Positions 63,718 through 64,000 of a stretch of 64,000 bases of DNA are shown here, in pieces. Both the position numbers and the translations under genes were made by a program. Below the pieces are notes generated by a model. The model saw nothing but the letters and a program-made list of their open reading frames with translations, had not been told where the DNA came from and did no database searches. Within the stretch, counting starts at the first letter, position 1. Every line of letters begins with the position of its first letter. Source of the DNA: Selaginella moellendorffii. Its lineage: Eukaryota; Plantae; Lycopodiophyta. The stretch covers positions 509,181 through 573,180 of the forward strand of contig NW_003314365.1 in NCBI RefSeq assembly GCF_000143415.4. Reading direction: 5' to 3'.

Positions 63718-64000
63718 TGTAAGGAACTGACTCCCCGAGATGTTGTAGGCTAAAGGATCCCCGAAAGCATGACCGAAATGACAAAGAGTTCATCGGATGG
63801 GACCGAGTCGAAGATCGAGTCCAAGACCGACTCTGAGACCGAGTTCGAGATAGAGTCCGGGATCGAGCCGAGGCCGAATCGGAGACTGAGTTCGAGATCA
63901 AGTTTGAGACTGAGTTCGAGATCCAAATCGGGTCCAAGACCAAGTCCGAGGTCGAGTCCAAAGTTGAGTCTGAGATCAGGTCCGAGATCGAGTCCGAGAT
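63718..64000 (+). mobile_element. Family B LTR nested in a family A LTR, running off the window
   Basis: TGTAAGGAAC...GGCTAAAGGATCCCCGAAAGCATGACCGAAATGACAAAGAGTTCATC matches 10492 onward. Confidence 0.85.

Overview
Eukaryotic DNA with very short (45-60 nt) GT-AG introns, ciliary genes, TTTAGGG repeats and 100-N gaps. This points to a flagellate-sperm land plant, Selaginella-like (inference). (1) 1-10130 is a DNA-transposon-like element. It carries a minus-strand Cys/His-rich transposase-like gene that runs off the window, and a divergent 11-exon gene (about 1640 codons) that I read as ParB/Srx-like + degenerate beta-class DNA-methyltransferase-like + degenerate FCP1/HAD-phosphatase-like. The element is tiled with about 20 copies of a 22-bp palindrome (ATGGCRTGWGGCCTCAYGCCAT) in its introns, promoter region, coding sequence and 3' end, and holds a 192-bp fold-back. 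This is the best candidate for an undescribed system: a parS/ParB-like self-recognition module on a plant transposon. (2) 10.1-20.4 kb: nested, decayed LTR-retrotransposon pieces. (3) 20.4-35.8 kb: gene-fragment blocks (ARP5, USP-domain, SNAP25/33-like) ending in Helitron-like 3' termini, around an intact MKP1-like phosphatase. (4) 37.5-44.4 kb: three tightly packed co-oriented genes (ODF3/SHIPPO-like, unknown coiled-coil, CEP162-like). (5) 45-64 kb: nested Ty3/gypsy elements, including a near full-length element, a tandem TRIM array fused to an inverted integrase copy, and a non-autonomous long-LTR element. All protein family calls come from motif recognition by eye; no searches were run.
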